From a bacterium (lineage in GTDB: Bacteria; Patescibacteriota; Patescibacteriia; HK-STAS-PATE-3): a stretch of 53,838 nt of DNA. Position 1 is the stretch's first letter, and every line of letters starts with the position of its first letter. The position numbers were made by a program, and so were the translations under genes. The notes beneath the pieces were generated by a model that saw only the letters and a program-made list of their open reading frames with translations, ran no database searches and was not told where the DNA came from. Where the stretch lies: the NCBI GenBank assembly GCA_043800725.1, contig JAZDMR010000024.1:1-53838 (forward strand), given 5' to 3'. Below are positions 1 through 8,103 of this stretch, piece after piece.

Positions 1-86
1 ACCCACTCTCCTGATCGCCTCCCCAAGCTGTCTGAGTCTTGCATATCAGCATTGTTTAGAAACTTCCTTAGTGTTTTTCTGTCTAT

Positions 87-115
87 ATTGTACCACTTAT
101 TATCTGGAATATCAA
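87..115 (-). promoter_or_regulatory. sigma70-type promoter pointing out of the left window edge
   Basis: Minus strand TTGATA-17 nt-TACAAT with extended -10 TG; shares ATAAGTGGTACAAT with the promoter at 7358-7386. Confidence 0.55.
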
Positions 116-165
116 CGTTCTGTTCAAACGAACAGGGCGGCAGGGCTTCGCTTACGGCTCGCGGG

Positions 166-205
166 CAAAAAGAACCCCTAATTGCACAGATGACAATTAG
201 GGGTT
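166..205 (-). terminator. intrinsic terminator after methyltransferase
   Basis: 12-bp stem AACCCCTAATTG (173-184)/CAATTAGGGGTT (194-205) followed by CTTTTT on the minus strand. Confidence 0.75.
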
Positions 206-1034
206 AGTGCCTCTTACGATGGTGAATCTTTCTCACCACTAAGAAGCCATCAATCTGCCGAAGAAATCCATTCCTCCCACGGATATAATCCAGTATCGAA
301 TCACGAATCTCGGCCGGAATGTCTTTCCAATTTGTGTTGAGAAGAAATTCCACAACCGAGATTACATCTTGCATAACGTCAGGATATGGCAGATGTAACT
401 TCGCTTTGACGCTGAACTTTTCAATCCGCAACGGCAATTGCTCGGCAATCTTTTGGAGCAGCGCCTCGGCGTCGTCAATGGTCAGAGAGTAATAGTCTCG
501 GCCCATGATTTTAGTCTTGAAGCGGGTTCTGAACTGGTGAATGTCGTCTTTTCCTCTGAGGACAATGACCAAGTGGCCGTCGGGTTTAAGGAGTTTTAAC
601 ATCCTGAGGTAAATCACCGGCAACCTGGCAATGTTATCTTTTGCCAGAGGCACGTGGGACGCCAAAATGATATCAAACAGCGTGGCGGTCGTGAAATTCT
701 CAAAGGTATCGCCGACGATATCCACGGACACGGTACGAGGGAAAAGATTTCTGGCACTACGCAGTTTTCCTGCTAAATCCTGGCTTGGTTCCAGAAGTGT
801 TGCGGATACCCCCTTGAGATCTCTCACCTTGCTTAGCGCTAGGCGCAGATATTCACCGGTGCCGCTGCCGATATCAAGCAAGGTCATCTTTTCTCTGACA
901 AGCAACCTAGACAGGATTTTCCCAAGAATTCCCGACGACTTTTCCTTTTCATCGGAGTAATTCAGGAAAATCACAAATGGCACTTCCTCGCCCGCGATGC
1001 CTTTACGATACTCAAAGCCAATTCTCTTTTTCAT
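204..1034 (-). CDS. class I SAM-dependent methyltransferase
   Basis: Motif I LLDIGSGTG, FDIILASH, LLKPDGHLVIV; start placed at ATG 1034 behind a GGAGGT SD. Confidence 0.85.
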   Translation of the reverse strand: MKKRIGFEYRKGIAGEEVPFVIFLNYSDEKEKSSGILGKILSRLLVREKMTLLDIGSGTGEYLRLALSKVRDLKGVSATLLEPSQDLAGKLRSARNLFPRTVSVDIVGDTFENFTTATLFDIILASHVPLAKDNIARLPVIYLRMLKLLKPDGHLVIVLRGKDDIHQFRTRFKTKIMGRDYYSLTIDDAEALLQKIAEQLPLRIEKFSVKAKLHLPYPDVMQDVISVVEFLLNTNWKDIPAEIRDSILDYIRGRNGFLRQIDGFLVVRKIHHRKRH

Positions 1035-1065
1035 GTTGTCATTTACCTCCGCTCTCGTAAGAGCA

Positions 1066-1106
1066 AAGAAAAAGGGGTTGCGCCATCCGCCTGACAACGC
1101 AACCCC
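1066..1106 (-). terminator. intrinsic terminator between radical SAM gene and methyltransferase
   Basis: Stem GGGGTTGCG (1074-1082)/CGCAACCCC (1098-1106) followed by TTTTTCTTT on the minus strand. Confidence 0.7.
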
Positions 1107-1118
1107 GGTGAAAAGAAG

Positions 1119-2213
1119 TTAAGGTGTCCGAATCCCATGGAGCTCCTCCTTGGCGAAGGTTAAGAACCACAGGCTTCGGTAATCCTCCCAGACAAGCGGT
1201 CTCATGTTGGTATGTCCGAAGATCCGCTCGAGAATCTGCCGAGCGTTTAGGTAGTACTCAAGACGATGTGCCTCAGGATCCCGCAAGGTTGTTTGGTGAT
1301 ACTTGTGCAGCTGCAATGTGTTGATGGTAGGGAACTTGTTAATACGTTCCCCAAGGCAGTTGAAGTGATACTCCATCACTCGCAACGGCTCCATCCCCAC
1401 AATGTAGGAGAAATTCACCTCGTGTCCTAAGCTCCGGGCGAAATCCATTAACTCACAAGCGTCCTGCAGACTGAGTGCCCTCTTGTCTTTTCTCAGCAGT
1501 TCGCGGCGTTCAAACGTCTCCAGCGAGAAGCAAATACCGAACGGCTGAATCTCGGTAACGCTTCTTAGCTGCTCTTGTGTCGCGATTTGCGAACCAAGAT
1601 AGAATATCTTCCCGGCGAATCGGTATTCCCGCAACACTTTCTTTAGTGTGATCAGGAAATGGCAAACCGCTTCGCCACTCTCATAACAGCCGGTCACTAC
1701 CGATATCTGGATCAGATGAGACAGGTCGGTCAAGCCGTACTTGGCCATCCAATCCTCGAAAAATTCCCTGAGATCAGAATCGCTTTTCAGACGCTTCCGG
1801 TCATAGGGAATTTGGTACGCCGTGTAGCAGAATTGGCAGCCGTGACACGATGTTCGAGAATTCGGGTTGATATTCAGCGACGATCCCTTTCTGCGCGGGT
1901 AGTGGGAATCGCAGATGTCCTCAGTTGGCCCGATTGCCTGACCGATAACTGTATTCTGCAAGAGCAGAGTGTTATCGACGATGACAAAGGGGCTGTCTTG
2001 GTTCACCGGCAGGGCGAAGTAGTAGTCAAGTTCGCCTCGTTGCTTGGCGTACTCGAACAACTTGCCGTCAGTTAGCCGGAAAGCCATCCGCATTCTGTTG
2101 TAATCGCACTCAAGATTAACGCCGTTGATATTGAGAGCGATGAAAAGAACGTCTTCCAGAGGTAAGTGATAACGCTCTGCAAGACGGGTCACGTACTCTA
2201 TGGTGAGCATCAC
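1119..2213 (-). CDS. radical SAM protein with non-canonical CX2CX2C motif (possibly NikJ/PolH-like)
   Basis: CHGCQFC (C123, C126, C129) followed by radical SAM-like barrel strands (ISVVTGC, FSLETF, YIVGME); start overlaps the upstream stop. Confidence 0.75.
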   Translation of the reverse strand: MMLTIEYVTRLAERYHLPLEDVLFIALNINGVNLECDYNRMRMAFRLTDGKLFEYAKQRGELDYYFALPVNQDSPFVIVDNTLLLQNTVIGQAIGPTEDICDSHYPRRKGSSLNINPNSRTSCHGCQFCYTAYQIPYDRKRLKSDSDLREFFEDWMAKYGLTDLSHLIQISVVTGCYESGEAVCHFLITLKKVLREYRFAGKIFYLGSQIATQEQLRSVTEIQPFGICFSLETFERRELLRKDKRALSLQDACELMDFARSLGHEVNFSYIVGMEPLRVMEYHFNCLGERINKFPTINTLQLHKYHQTTLRDPEAHRLEYYLNARQILERIFGHTNMRPLVWEDYRSLWFLTFAKEELHGIRTP

Positions 2214-3052
2214 TTACCTCCTTTTGGATTGGCGATGGCGTGAAGAAAACCGCTTTTCTTCTTGCAGACGATCAGGGTAGTGAGAACGGGCACAGCAATC
2301 GCGCCATGCTGTCCCACAATCTCCGAAATCCGCGCGAAGAATTTCTTGCGTTGCTCCTCAGGTACTTCCACGACCTTCGGGAAAGTGTTGAGGAGTTTTG
2401 GATACGTCTCGGCGCAGTAATTGTACACCGTGTAGTACTTGCGCAAGGCGACGGTGTAAAGCAGGGAGTTTTGAACCACTTCCTGCTCCCGGCGGTGGAG
2501 TTTGGTGAGCACTCCTTCATTCACCTCCGCAACGGATGACTCGTCAGGATATGCGTCCGGAAGGTACTCGCTGTAGGCCTTGTTCACCTCGGCGGTCACC
2601 GCCGAGTCCGAAAGAAAGAAGCTGTTCCAGACGAGCACCAGACTACCGGCGTCATCCAAGAGACCAAGAACCTTGCGGTGCTTGATACCTTCGTCGATCC
2701 AGTGGTAGGCCGTGAACGCCAGAATTGCGTCGAAACAATCCGACGACTCAAAACTCTCGAAGGTTCCTTCTAGAATCTCAACGTTCTGCAGTCCCTCGGT
2801 CTGTTTTCTAGCGATTGCCGCGAGATGACTGCCGGGTTCTAGGCCTACGATCCTGCCGCCGAGTTTGGCAAGTTCAACCGTGGCGATACCGCTGCCAGCA
2901 CCAATCTCGAGAAGTCGCGATGCGCTGTCGAGACCACACAGTTCCTTGATATCCGCGTAGAGTTGCGCAGGATATCCGGGACGAACCGAGTGGTATGTCT
3001 CGGCGAACACGTCAAACGACGCGTTGAAGATGTTTTTGCCTTTGAACATCAT
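2210..3052 (-). CDS. class I SAM-dependent methyltransferase
   Basis: Y..RPGYP, LLEIGAGSG, FDAILAFTAYHW; ATGA overlap with the upstream gene. Confidence 0.9.
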   Translation of the reverse strand: MMFKGKNIFNASFDVFAETYHSVRPGYPAQLYADIKELCGLDSASRLLEIGAGSGIATVELAKLGGRIVGLEPGSHLAAIARKQTEGLQNVEILEGTFESFESSDCFDAILAFTAYHWIDEGIKHRKVLGLLDDAGSLVLVWNSFFLSDSAVTAEVNKAYSEYLPDAYPDESSVAEVNEGVLTKLHRREQEVVQNSLLYTVALRKYYTVYNYCAETYPKLLNTFPKVVEVPEEQRKKFFARISEIVGQHGAIAVPVLTTLIVCKKKSGFLHAIANPKGGK

Positions 3053-3624
3053 AGTTGATCTCCTTGTGTTTGCCGCGCGAAGAACAGCATAAATCCGCTC
3101 TTGATCGCGGCGAGTTCCAGTGGACGGTGGAAATCACGACGGCCGCCGAGTTCAATCTTTGTAAGAATGAATCCGGGACCTCGTCCAAATTTCATTATAG
3201 CACGCTTCAGGCCGTCTTGACTATCTACCGCGCGTACGTATTGATAGCCAACTTCGCCCGCCAGCACGTCGAGTTTGGCGGTTTTGGACATTGATCGTTC
3301 CTCGCTGCACGAAGCATAAGCTCCGTTATCGAGGACAATGTGAAGCAAGTTTGTCGGCTGCTTGTGCCCGACAGTGACAGCGGATCCTAGGTTCATGAGG
3401 AGACTTGCGTCTCCATCAATCACCACCACTCTTTTTGTAAGTTGCGCCATAGCAAGCCCGAGTCCGATTGAAGACGCAAGCCCCATGGAACCGGGGACGT
3501 AGATGTTCCTCTCCGAATCGAATTTCTCGAAGATTTCTCGAGAGATCAATCCGGTGGTGGAAACAACCGCGTCTTGTGCGTCGATCGTTGTCATGATGAC
3601 TTCGATTGCTTCTTGTCTGTTCAT
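3049..3624 (-). CDS. ThDP-dependent decarboxylase beta subunit (sulfopyruvate/phosphonopyruvate decarboxylase, ComE-like)
   Basis: GSMGLASSIGLG and ThDP motif GDAS...LDN; ATG 3624 overlaps the alpha-subunit stop (ATGA). Confidence 0.85.
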   Translation of the reverse strand: MNRQEAIEVIMTTIDAQDAVVSTTGLISREIFEKFDSERNIYVPGSMGLASSIGLGLAMAQLTKRVVVIDGDASLLMNLGSAVTVGHKQPTNLLHIVLDNGAYASCSEERSMSKTAKLDVLAGEVGYQYVRAVDSQDGLKRAIMKFGRGPGFILTKIELGGRRDFHRPLELAAIKSGFMLFFARQTQGDQL

Positions 3625-4160
3625 CTGTGCCACCCCCTTTTGATAAGAAGGAAAGTCGGGAGCTCTGCCTTGCGCATCGTCTCAAACAGCGACCGCGTGA
3701 GATTTTCCAGATTTTGATTTCCTAAAACCTCAAACGGAAGGCCGAATGATTCGAGTAGGCGTTCGGTTGCCCGACCAGTGGTCAGGTGCTGCACGGCGTC
3801 TTCCCCTTCGCAACCGCGATAGGACACTACGAAAAAGATCGGCATTCTATAGGGGACGAGAAGAGACGCGATGTCGTTTGAAGCGGAGAAAAGACCGGAG
3901 TTCTGCATATAGATCACCGGGATTTTCCCGCCGAAGTACGCGCCGGCGGCTAGACCGACTGCTTCCGATTCTCGATTTGCGATCACGTGGATCATCGCGG
4001 CATCATCTTCAAAATTTTTGATGATGTGCCGCAGAACACCGCACGGGACTCCGGATGCGAAATTCACGCCGAGCTTCCGGAAAACTTCGTGAAGTAAATC
4101 GGCTTTCTCGCTCCGGTCGCCAACCAAGGAATTGAAGACACCCTTGTCGATTTGGCTCAT
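3621..4160 (-). CDS. ThDP-dependent decarboxylase alpha subunit (ComD-like, PYR domain)
   Basis: GVPC, RESEAVGLAAG, MQNSG, SYRG motifs; GGAGGT SD. Confidence 0.85.
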   Translation of the reverse strand: MSQIDKGVFNSLVGDRSEKADLLHEVFRKLGVNFASGVPCGVLRHIIKNFEDDAAMIHVIANRESEAVGLAAGAYFGGKIPVIYMQNSGLFSASNDIASLLVPYRMPIFFVVSYRGCEGEDAVQHLTTGRATERLLESFGLPFEVLGNQNLENLTRSLFETMRKAELPTFLLIKRGWHR

Positions 4161-4236
4161 GACTGGTTACCTCCAGCTTATTGTTTTATCAAAGAGCGAT
4201 ATTTCGCATCCTTGAGACCATCCCAAGGAATTCACT

Positions 4237-4250
4237 ACCTTAGCACTTAT
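4237..4250 (-). promoter_or_regulatory. putative extended -10 promoter of the decarboxylase operon
   Basis: ATAAGTGCTAAGGT on the minus strand, similar to ATAAGTGGTACAAT at 7358-7371; no good -35. Confidence 0.4.
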
Positions 4251-4322
4251 TGGTCTTTTTTTCCGGCCCGCTTTGGATAATAAACACGAAATCCCTAAAA
4301 TTCATCTTATTAATGGAATACT

Positions 4323-4349
4323 TGAAATATTTAAACATTTCGACATGTT
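4323..4349. promoter_or_regulatory. ArsR-type operator-like box, copy 1
   Basis: TGAAATATTTAAACATTTCGACATGTT, 23/27 identical to 7443-7469. Confidence 0.65.
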
Positions 4350-4417
4350 TATGCCAAATTATTAATCTTGGTTGATTTGCCGGTATGCCTTCAATTACCA
4401 AGACTATTTCCCGTCTG

Positions 4418-5473
4418 TTAAAAGACTTCATGACTGGTCTTTTGCAAAAGAAAACGCCATATCAACAATCCTGGTTCTGTTTCCCGGGCAACTGGTTCTT
4501 GAGATATCAGTTCAAGCCCTATCTTGCTAACCAGAATATTTTGAACAAACTCCGGTGTCCAAACTCTAATTATTTTTTCTTGGAAAATAACCAGATTAGA
4601 CCCCAGGAATCGTCCGCGCGAAACGGTCAAATCATTCGTTCCGCGCCCTTCAATTACGAACTGTCCCCCGATTTTCATTTTCTTGCGGATTTGATTAATT
4701 AAAAAGAAAGTTTTTGTGTCTGATAAATTCAATGTTCCGGGCGCATAAAACAAATCCACTGACTCGGGAATATCTTCATCAATCAGATTTTCTATTACCC
4801 TCGGGCATATCTTAATATGATCAGCAATATTGTTGTTAGCTTGATACGTAATTTTACCATAAGCTTTAACAATCAGTAGTTGGCAATCCCTTGTGAACAT
4901 ACTGGGAATCGAAGCTGGTGCGGCGCCGAATATCACCGCTGTTTGCCAATGGGGCAGATCCCGAGAATCCCGACCTTTTACAAGCACGACTTCTGATAAT
5001 TTTCCCAAATCCGGCATCCCGTCATCATAAGGCAACCAGGGCTTCAGATTACTGAATTGAACAGAGGGGTTTAAAAGTATAGCTTGTTCGTGGCTGTTTA
5101 AAAAATACTGCTCCTCCTTGTGCTGAAGCGACCCCAATGCATCGGCCCATGAAACCCAGACGTAATTCTGGTCATGATCAAATGAAAATCCCTCGCCATC
5201 CATCAGATAGTATAAAATTATCTTATCGACTTTTTCTCCGTCGGGTTCCGTTCCGGTTCGATTAACCTGTCCAAGTTGTGCGACAATGCGCGGGCTTATC
5301 ACGCCAACCTCTTCTCCGAGCTCTCTGACGGCCGCTTGTTCGGCTGATTCAAGGGGTCCAATGTGTCCTTTTGGCAGTGCCAACTTTCCATTCTTGGTAG
5401 TGAGACAGAGTAATTCAATCTGATTGTTTTTATTGCGGGTGATAACTCCGCCTGCGGAATTTACTATATGCAT
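4418..5473 (-). CDS. NUDIX hydrolase fused to a degenerate class I methyltransferase-like domain
   Basis: Full Nudix box GHIGPLESAEQAAVRELGEEVG; C-terminal SVDLFYA...KMKIGGQFVI resembles methyltransferase strands. Confidence 0.75.
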   Translation of the reverse strand: MHIVNSAGGVITRNKNNQIELLCLTTKNGKLALPKGHIGPLESAEQAAVRELGEEVGVISPRIVAQLGQVNRTGTEPDGEKVDKIILYYLMDGEGFSFDHDQNYVWVSWADALGSLQHKEEQYFLNSHEQAILLNPSVQFSNLKPWLPYDDGMPDLGKLSEVVLVKGRDSRDLPHWQTAVIFGAAPASIPSMFTRDCQLLIVKAYGKITYQANNNIADHIKICPRVIENLIDEDIPESVDLFYAPGTLNLSDTKTFFLINQIRKKMKIGGQFVIEGRGTNDLTVSRGRFLGSNLVIFQEKIIRVWTPEFVQNILVSKIGLELISQEPVARETEPGLLIWRFLLQKTSHEVF

Positions 5474-5488
5474 CTGTGTATTTGATTG

Positions 5489-6145
5489 TTAACTTTCAGC
5501 CATCGACTGTTTCAATTCAATATCGATTTGGTCTAAAAAACTGCGTAAATAAGCCGTCCTCTGACTGGCGATTTTTTTGCCGGTATCGGTATTCATTCCA
5601 GTCTCAATCCTCAACATGCGCGTAAAAATAAAATCTAAGCCATATCGCCTTTGATTCGGATTTCGTCTCCTACAAAAAGGGTCGTTGTCGTGAAAAAGCG
5701 GAATTTGCAATTGTCCTGTTGTAGCAAAAGCTCTCATAATTCCGATGGCTCCGATGGCATCAAGTCTGTCGGCATCCTGGATTATTTTCCCTTCAAGAAA
5801 CCCGACATTTCCTCCAAAGGTGTACGAACATTCCCTGATGGCGGCAGACACCTTGACGATTTTATTCGACGGATAATTGTTTATGCCCGAAAGTACTTTC
5901 TTGGCAAACTTTGCGCTCCTTATGGTGTCCGACCGCGCCCGAGGATCATTTTTTCTGGAGACGACTGAATCGTGGAACATTGCCGCGGGGATTAATATTT
6001 CCAAGTCCGTCCTTTCCTCAATTCCGATCTTTTCTGATATCTGTACGACTCTTTGCGTGTGATTGAAATCATGCGAAGCATCCGCAAAACGACTCTGGGC
6101 TTTTGCAATAAGTGACAGTTTTCTTTTTAGGCTTGTGGGTGCCAT
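5489..6145 (-). CDS. HD-domain phosphohydrolase (YedJ/YpgQ-like)
   Basis: HDFNH...HD...QDADRLDAIGAIGIMRAF. Confidence 0.9.
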   Translation of the reverse strand: MAPTSLKRKLSLIAKAQSRFADASHDFNHTQRVVQISEKIGIEERTDLEILIPAAMFHDSVVSRKNDPRARSDTIRSAKFAKKVLSGINNYPSNKIVKVSAAIRECSYTFGGNVGFLEGKIIQDADRLDAIGAIGIMRAFATTGQLQIPLFHDNDPFCRRRNPNQRRYGLDFIFTRMLRIETGMNTDTGKKIASQRTAYLRSFLDQIDIELKQSMAES

Positions 6146-6179
6146 GCTTCATGTTTTTAATATGCGCTAATTTATATAA

Positions 6180-7243
6180 CTTGGAGTCAAACATCTAGCG
6201 CAACGGATATGAGTATACTATCCGTATGCACACAACATCATACCGGCGGCTTACATCCGCCGAGCGCGAGGATATCAGCCGAGGCCTGGCGCAGAAAGAC
6301 AGTTTGTCGGCGATAGCGGATCGTTTAGGACGGAACGTGAGCACCATTTCCCGTGAGGTATGTTTCAACGGTGGAAAAAGCGGGTATCGCGCTCTTTTAG
6401 CCAGTCACCGTGCGCGAGCGAGCGCATCTTCTCGGAAACACGGTAAGAGTCGTTTGGCGCGTGAAGATCGTCTGCGGCAATATGTTCAGGAGAAGCTTGT
6501 AAAGCACTGGTCGCCCCGGGAAATCGTCAAACGGCTTAAAAAAGAGTATTCTGATGATATGACGATGCGGGTTTCACACGAAGCGATCTATCGATATATC
6601 TACGTACTGCCCCGCGGGTCCTTGAAACGGACACTGATCCAAGCCTTGAGGCAGGAACGGAAGTACCGCAGAACCAAGCGGAGGGGAGAGAATACCGGGG
6701 AAACACGGGGGAAAATCGCTGATATGCTCTCGATTGAAGAACGGCCAAAAGAAGTTGCCGACCGGACCGTTCCCGGCCACTGGGAAGGAGATCTTATCAT
6801 GGGCAAGTACAAACTAACGGCCTTAGGTACTCTGGTGGAGCGCATCACCCGCTACACGATCCTGGTGCCGCTTCAGGCGAAGGATGCGGTCAGCGTACGG
6901 AAAGCGTATGCCCGGGCACTGCGGTCTGTGCCTAAAGAGCTGGCGAAAACCCTCACCTATGATCAGGGAAAAGAGATGAGCGAACACAAACAGTTTACGA
7001 TTGATACCGGAATCCGGGTCTACTTCGCCCATCCCGGCTCTCCCTGGGAACGCGGTACGAATGAGAATACTAATGGTCTGATTCGCCAGTATTTTCCAAA
7101 GGGGACCGAGTTTGACACAGTGCCGGTCAGGGAAGTTAAACGCGTACAGCGGCAGCTCAATGACAGGCCGAGAGCGGCATTGGATTTCTCCAAACCCGAT
7201 GAGGTATTTAACAAACTTGTTGCGTTAAAAGTTTGAAACCAAG
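6180..7243 (+). mobile_element. IS30-family insertion sequence
   Basis: 25-bp terminal inverted repeats (6180-6204 and 7219-7243, 20/25 match), flanking AA dinucleotide as possible 2-bp target duplication, intact transposase. Confidence 0.9.
6226..7236 (+). CDS. IS30-family transposase
   Basis: N-terminal HTH (IADRLGRNVSTISRE), GHWEGD, TYDQGKE, PWERGTNENTNGLIRQYFPKG. Confidence 0.97.
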   Translation: MHTTSYRRLTSAEREDISRGLAQKDSLSAIADRLGRNVSTISREVCFNGGKSGYRALLASHRARASASSRKHGKSRLAREDRLRQYVQEKLVKHWSPREIVKRLKKEYSDDMTMRVSHEAIYRYIYVLPRGSLKRTLIQALRQERKYRRTKRRGENTGETRGKIADMLSIEERPKEVADRTVPGHWEGDLIMGKYKLTALGTLVERITRYTILVPLQAKDAVSVRKAYARALRSVPKELAKTLTYDQGKEMSEHKQFTIDTGIRVYFAHPGSPWERGTNENTNGLIRQYFPKGTEFDTVPVREVKRVQRQLNDRPRAALDFSKPDEVFNKLVALKV

Positions 7244-7357
7244 AACAAAATAGCAATTCCCATATCTCGGTTTGATCGCCACCTTTTGTGTCCATTCTAT
7301 AAAGAATGCCTAATTTGTCAATTTCAACTCAAACTCTGATATTCAAACTAGATTCAG

Positions 7358-7386
7358 ATTGTACCACTTATCAGCCAATATTCCAA
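7358..7386 (-). promoter_or_regulatory. sigma70-type promoter, probably the native promoter of the HD-NUDIX genes
   Basis: TTGGAA-17 nt-TACAAT with extended TG, now separated from the HD gene by IS30. Confidence 0.55.
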
Positions 7387-7442
7387 CACCAATTATGTTA
7401 AAAAGTAAAAGACTAATAATTAAGCATATATCACTTTGATTC

Positions 7443-7469
7443 TGAAATATCTAGATATTTCGATATGTT
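7443..7469. promoter_or_regulatory. ArsR-type operator-like box, copy 2
   Basis: TGAAATATCTAGATATTTCGATATGTT, contains perfect 18-bp palindrome 7444-7461. Confidence 0.65.
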
Positions 7470-7481
7470 ATTAATATAACT

Positions 7482-7739
7482 TTAAAGGGTAATTTGCTTA
7501 AGAAGCTTCGAGGTACTCAAGCTAGGTGAAATAGAATAAATCGTAAACCTGCTTTTACGCAATTCCTTAATATATCCCTCTCTTTTCAGCTTAGAAAGAT
7601 GGTATGAGACAGTGTTTTGAGATACCCCCAAATGATCGGCAATCTCATTAACGCAACATGATTTACTGTTCAATTGCTTAAGAATAGCCAGTCTCCGAAT
7701 ACTGCCTAGAGCTTTTAGGTTAGATACGATTTTTTCCAT
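7482..7739 (-). CDS. ArsR/SmtB-family winged-helix regulator
   Basis: LKALG..RRLAIL, CVNEIADHLGVSQNTVSYHLSKL. Confidence 0.9.
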   Translation of the reverse strand: MEKIVSNLKALGSIRRLAILKQLNSKSCCVNEIADHLGVSQNTVSYHLSKLKREGYIKELRKSRFTIYSISPSLSTSKLLKQITL

Positions 7740-7771
7740 AAAAAAATAGCGATCTCGATCGCCACAAGCTG

Positions 7772-7799
7772 ACTATATCACTCAAACAAACCTTGTCAA
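7772..7799 (-). promoter_or_regulatory. promoter of the ArsR gene
   Basis: TTGACA-16 nt-TATAGT with extended TG. Confidence 0.6.
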
Positions 7800-7820
7800 C
7801 ACTTAATCATTATTTGTATA

Positions 7821-7847
7821 CAACATATCTAGACAATTCGACAGGTC
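7821..7847. promoter_or_regulatory. ArsR-type operator-like box, copy 3 (autoregulatory position)
   Basis: CAACATATCTAGACAATTCGACAGGTC, 19/27 identical to copy 2. Confidence 0.55.
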
Positions 7848-7999
7848 AAACATTAATTAAAGCATCATGCAACCCAAGCCAGGGCCAGTGGCATCTTTTT
7901 TTTACGCTTAAAACGAGCCAAAAAAACCAAAGCAGAGCCTAAGGGACAATTAATTAAATATCGCGCATTGTCCCTCTGTTAGGGCTACGCTTAAGGCTC

Positions 8000-8027
8000 T
8001 TGACAGATTCTTTAGCAGGAATATACT
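8000..8027 (+). promoter_or_regulatory. sigma70-type promoter
   Basis: TTGACA-16 nt-TATACT upstream of ORF 8104. Confidence 0.6.
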
Positions 8028-8103
8028 CGAATCAGAAGGTGGCGATCTTCTCTCCCTGCGGGAGAGACGCCGCTTATTTTGTATAAACTAACCAACAAAG
8101 ACC

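Noticed and set aside
1-86. Start of a further minus-strand gene at the left edge
   Set aside because: Two frames are open (MQDSDS..., MLICKT...) but too short to choose between or annotate
3049-4160. Calling the cluster coenzyme M or phosphonate biosynthesis
   Set aside because: No ComA/B/C, cysteate synthase or PEP mutase in the window
4161-4236. Riboswitch in the leader of the ComD-like gene
   Set aside because: Only one hairpin (CCTTGAGA/TCCCAAGG); no TPP or SAM aptamer consensus recognised
7020-7295. ORF MDTKGG... as an IS-disrupted extension of the HD gene
   Set aside because: Removing the IS by hand gives a stop after about 20 codons, before the HD start
7482-7739. Arsenic-resistance operon
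   Set aside because: ArsR fold only; no arsB, acr3 or arsC, and the methyltransferases lack an evident ArsM cysteine pattern
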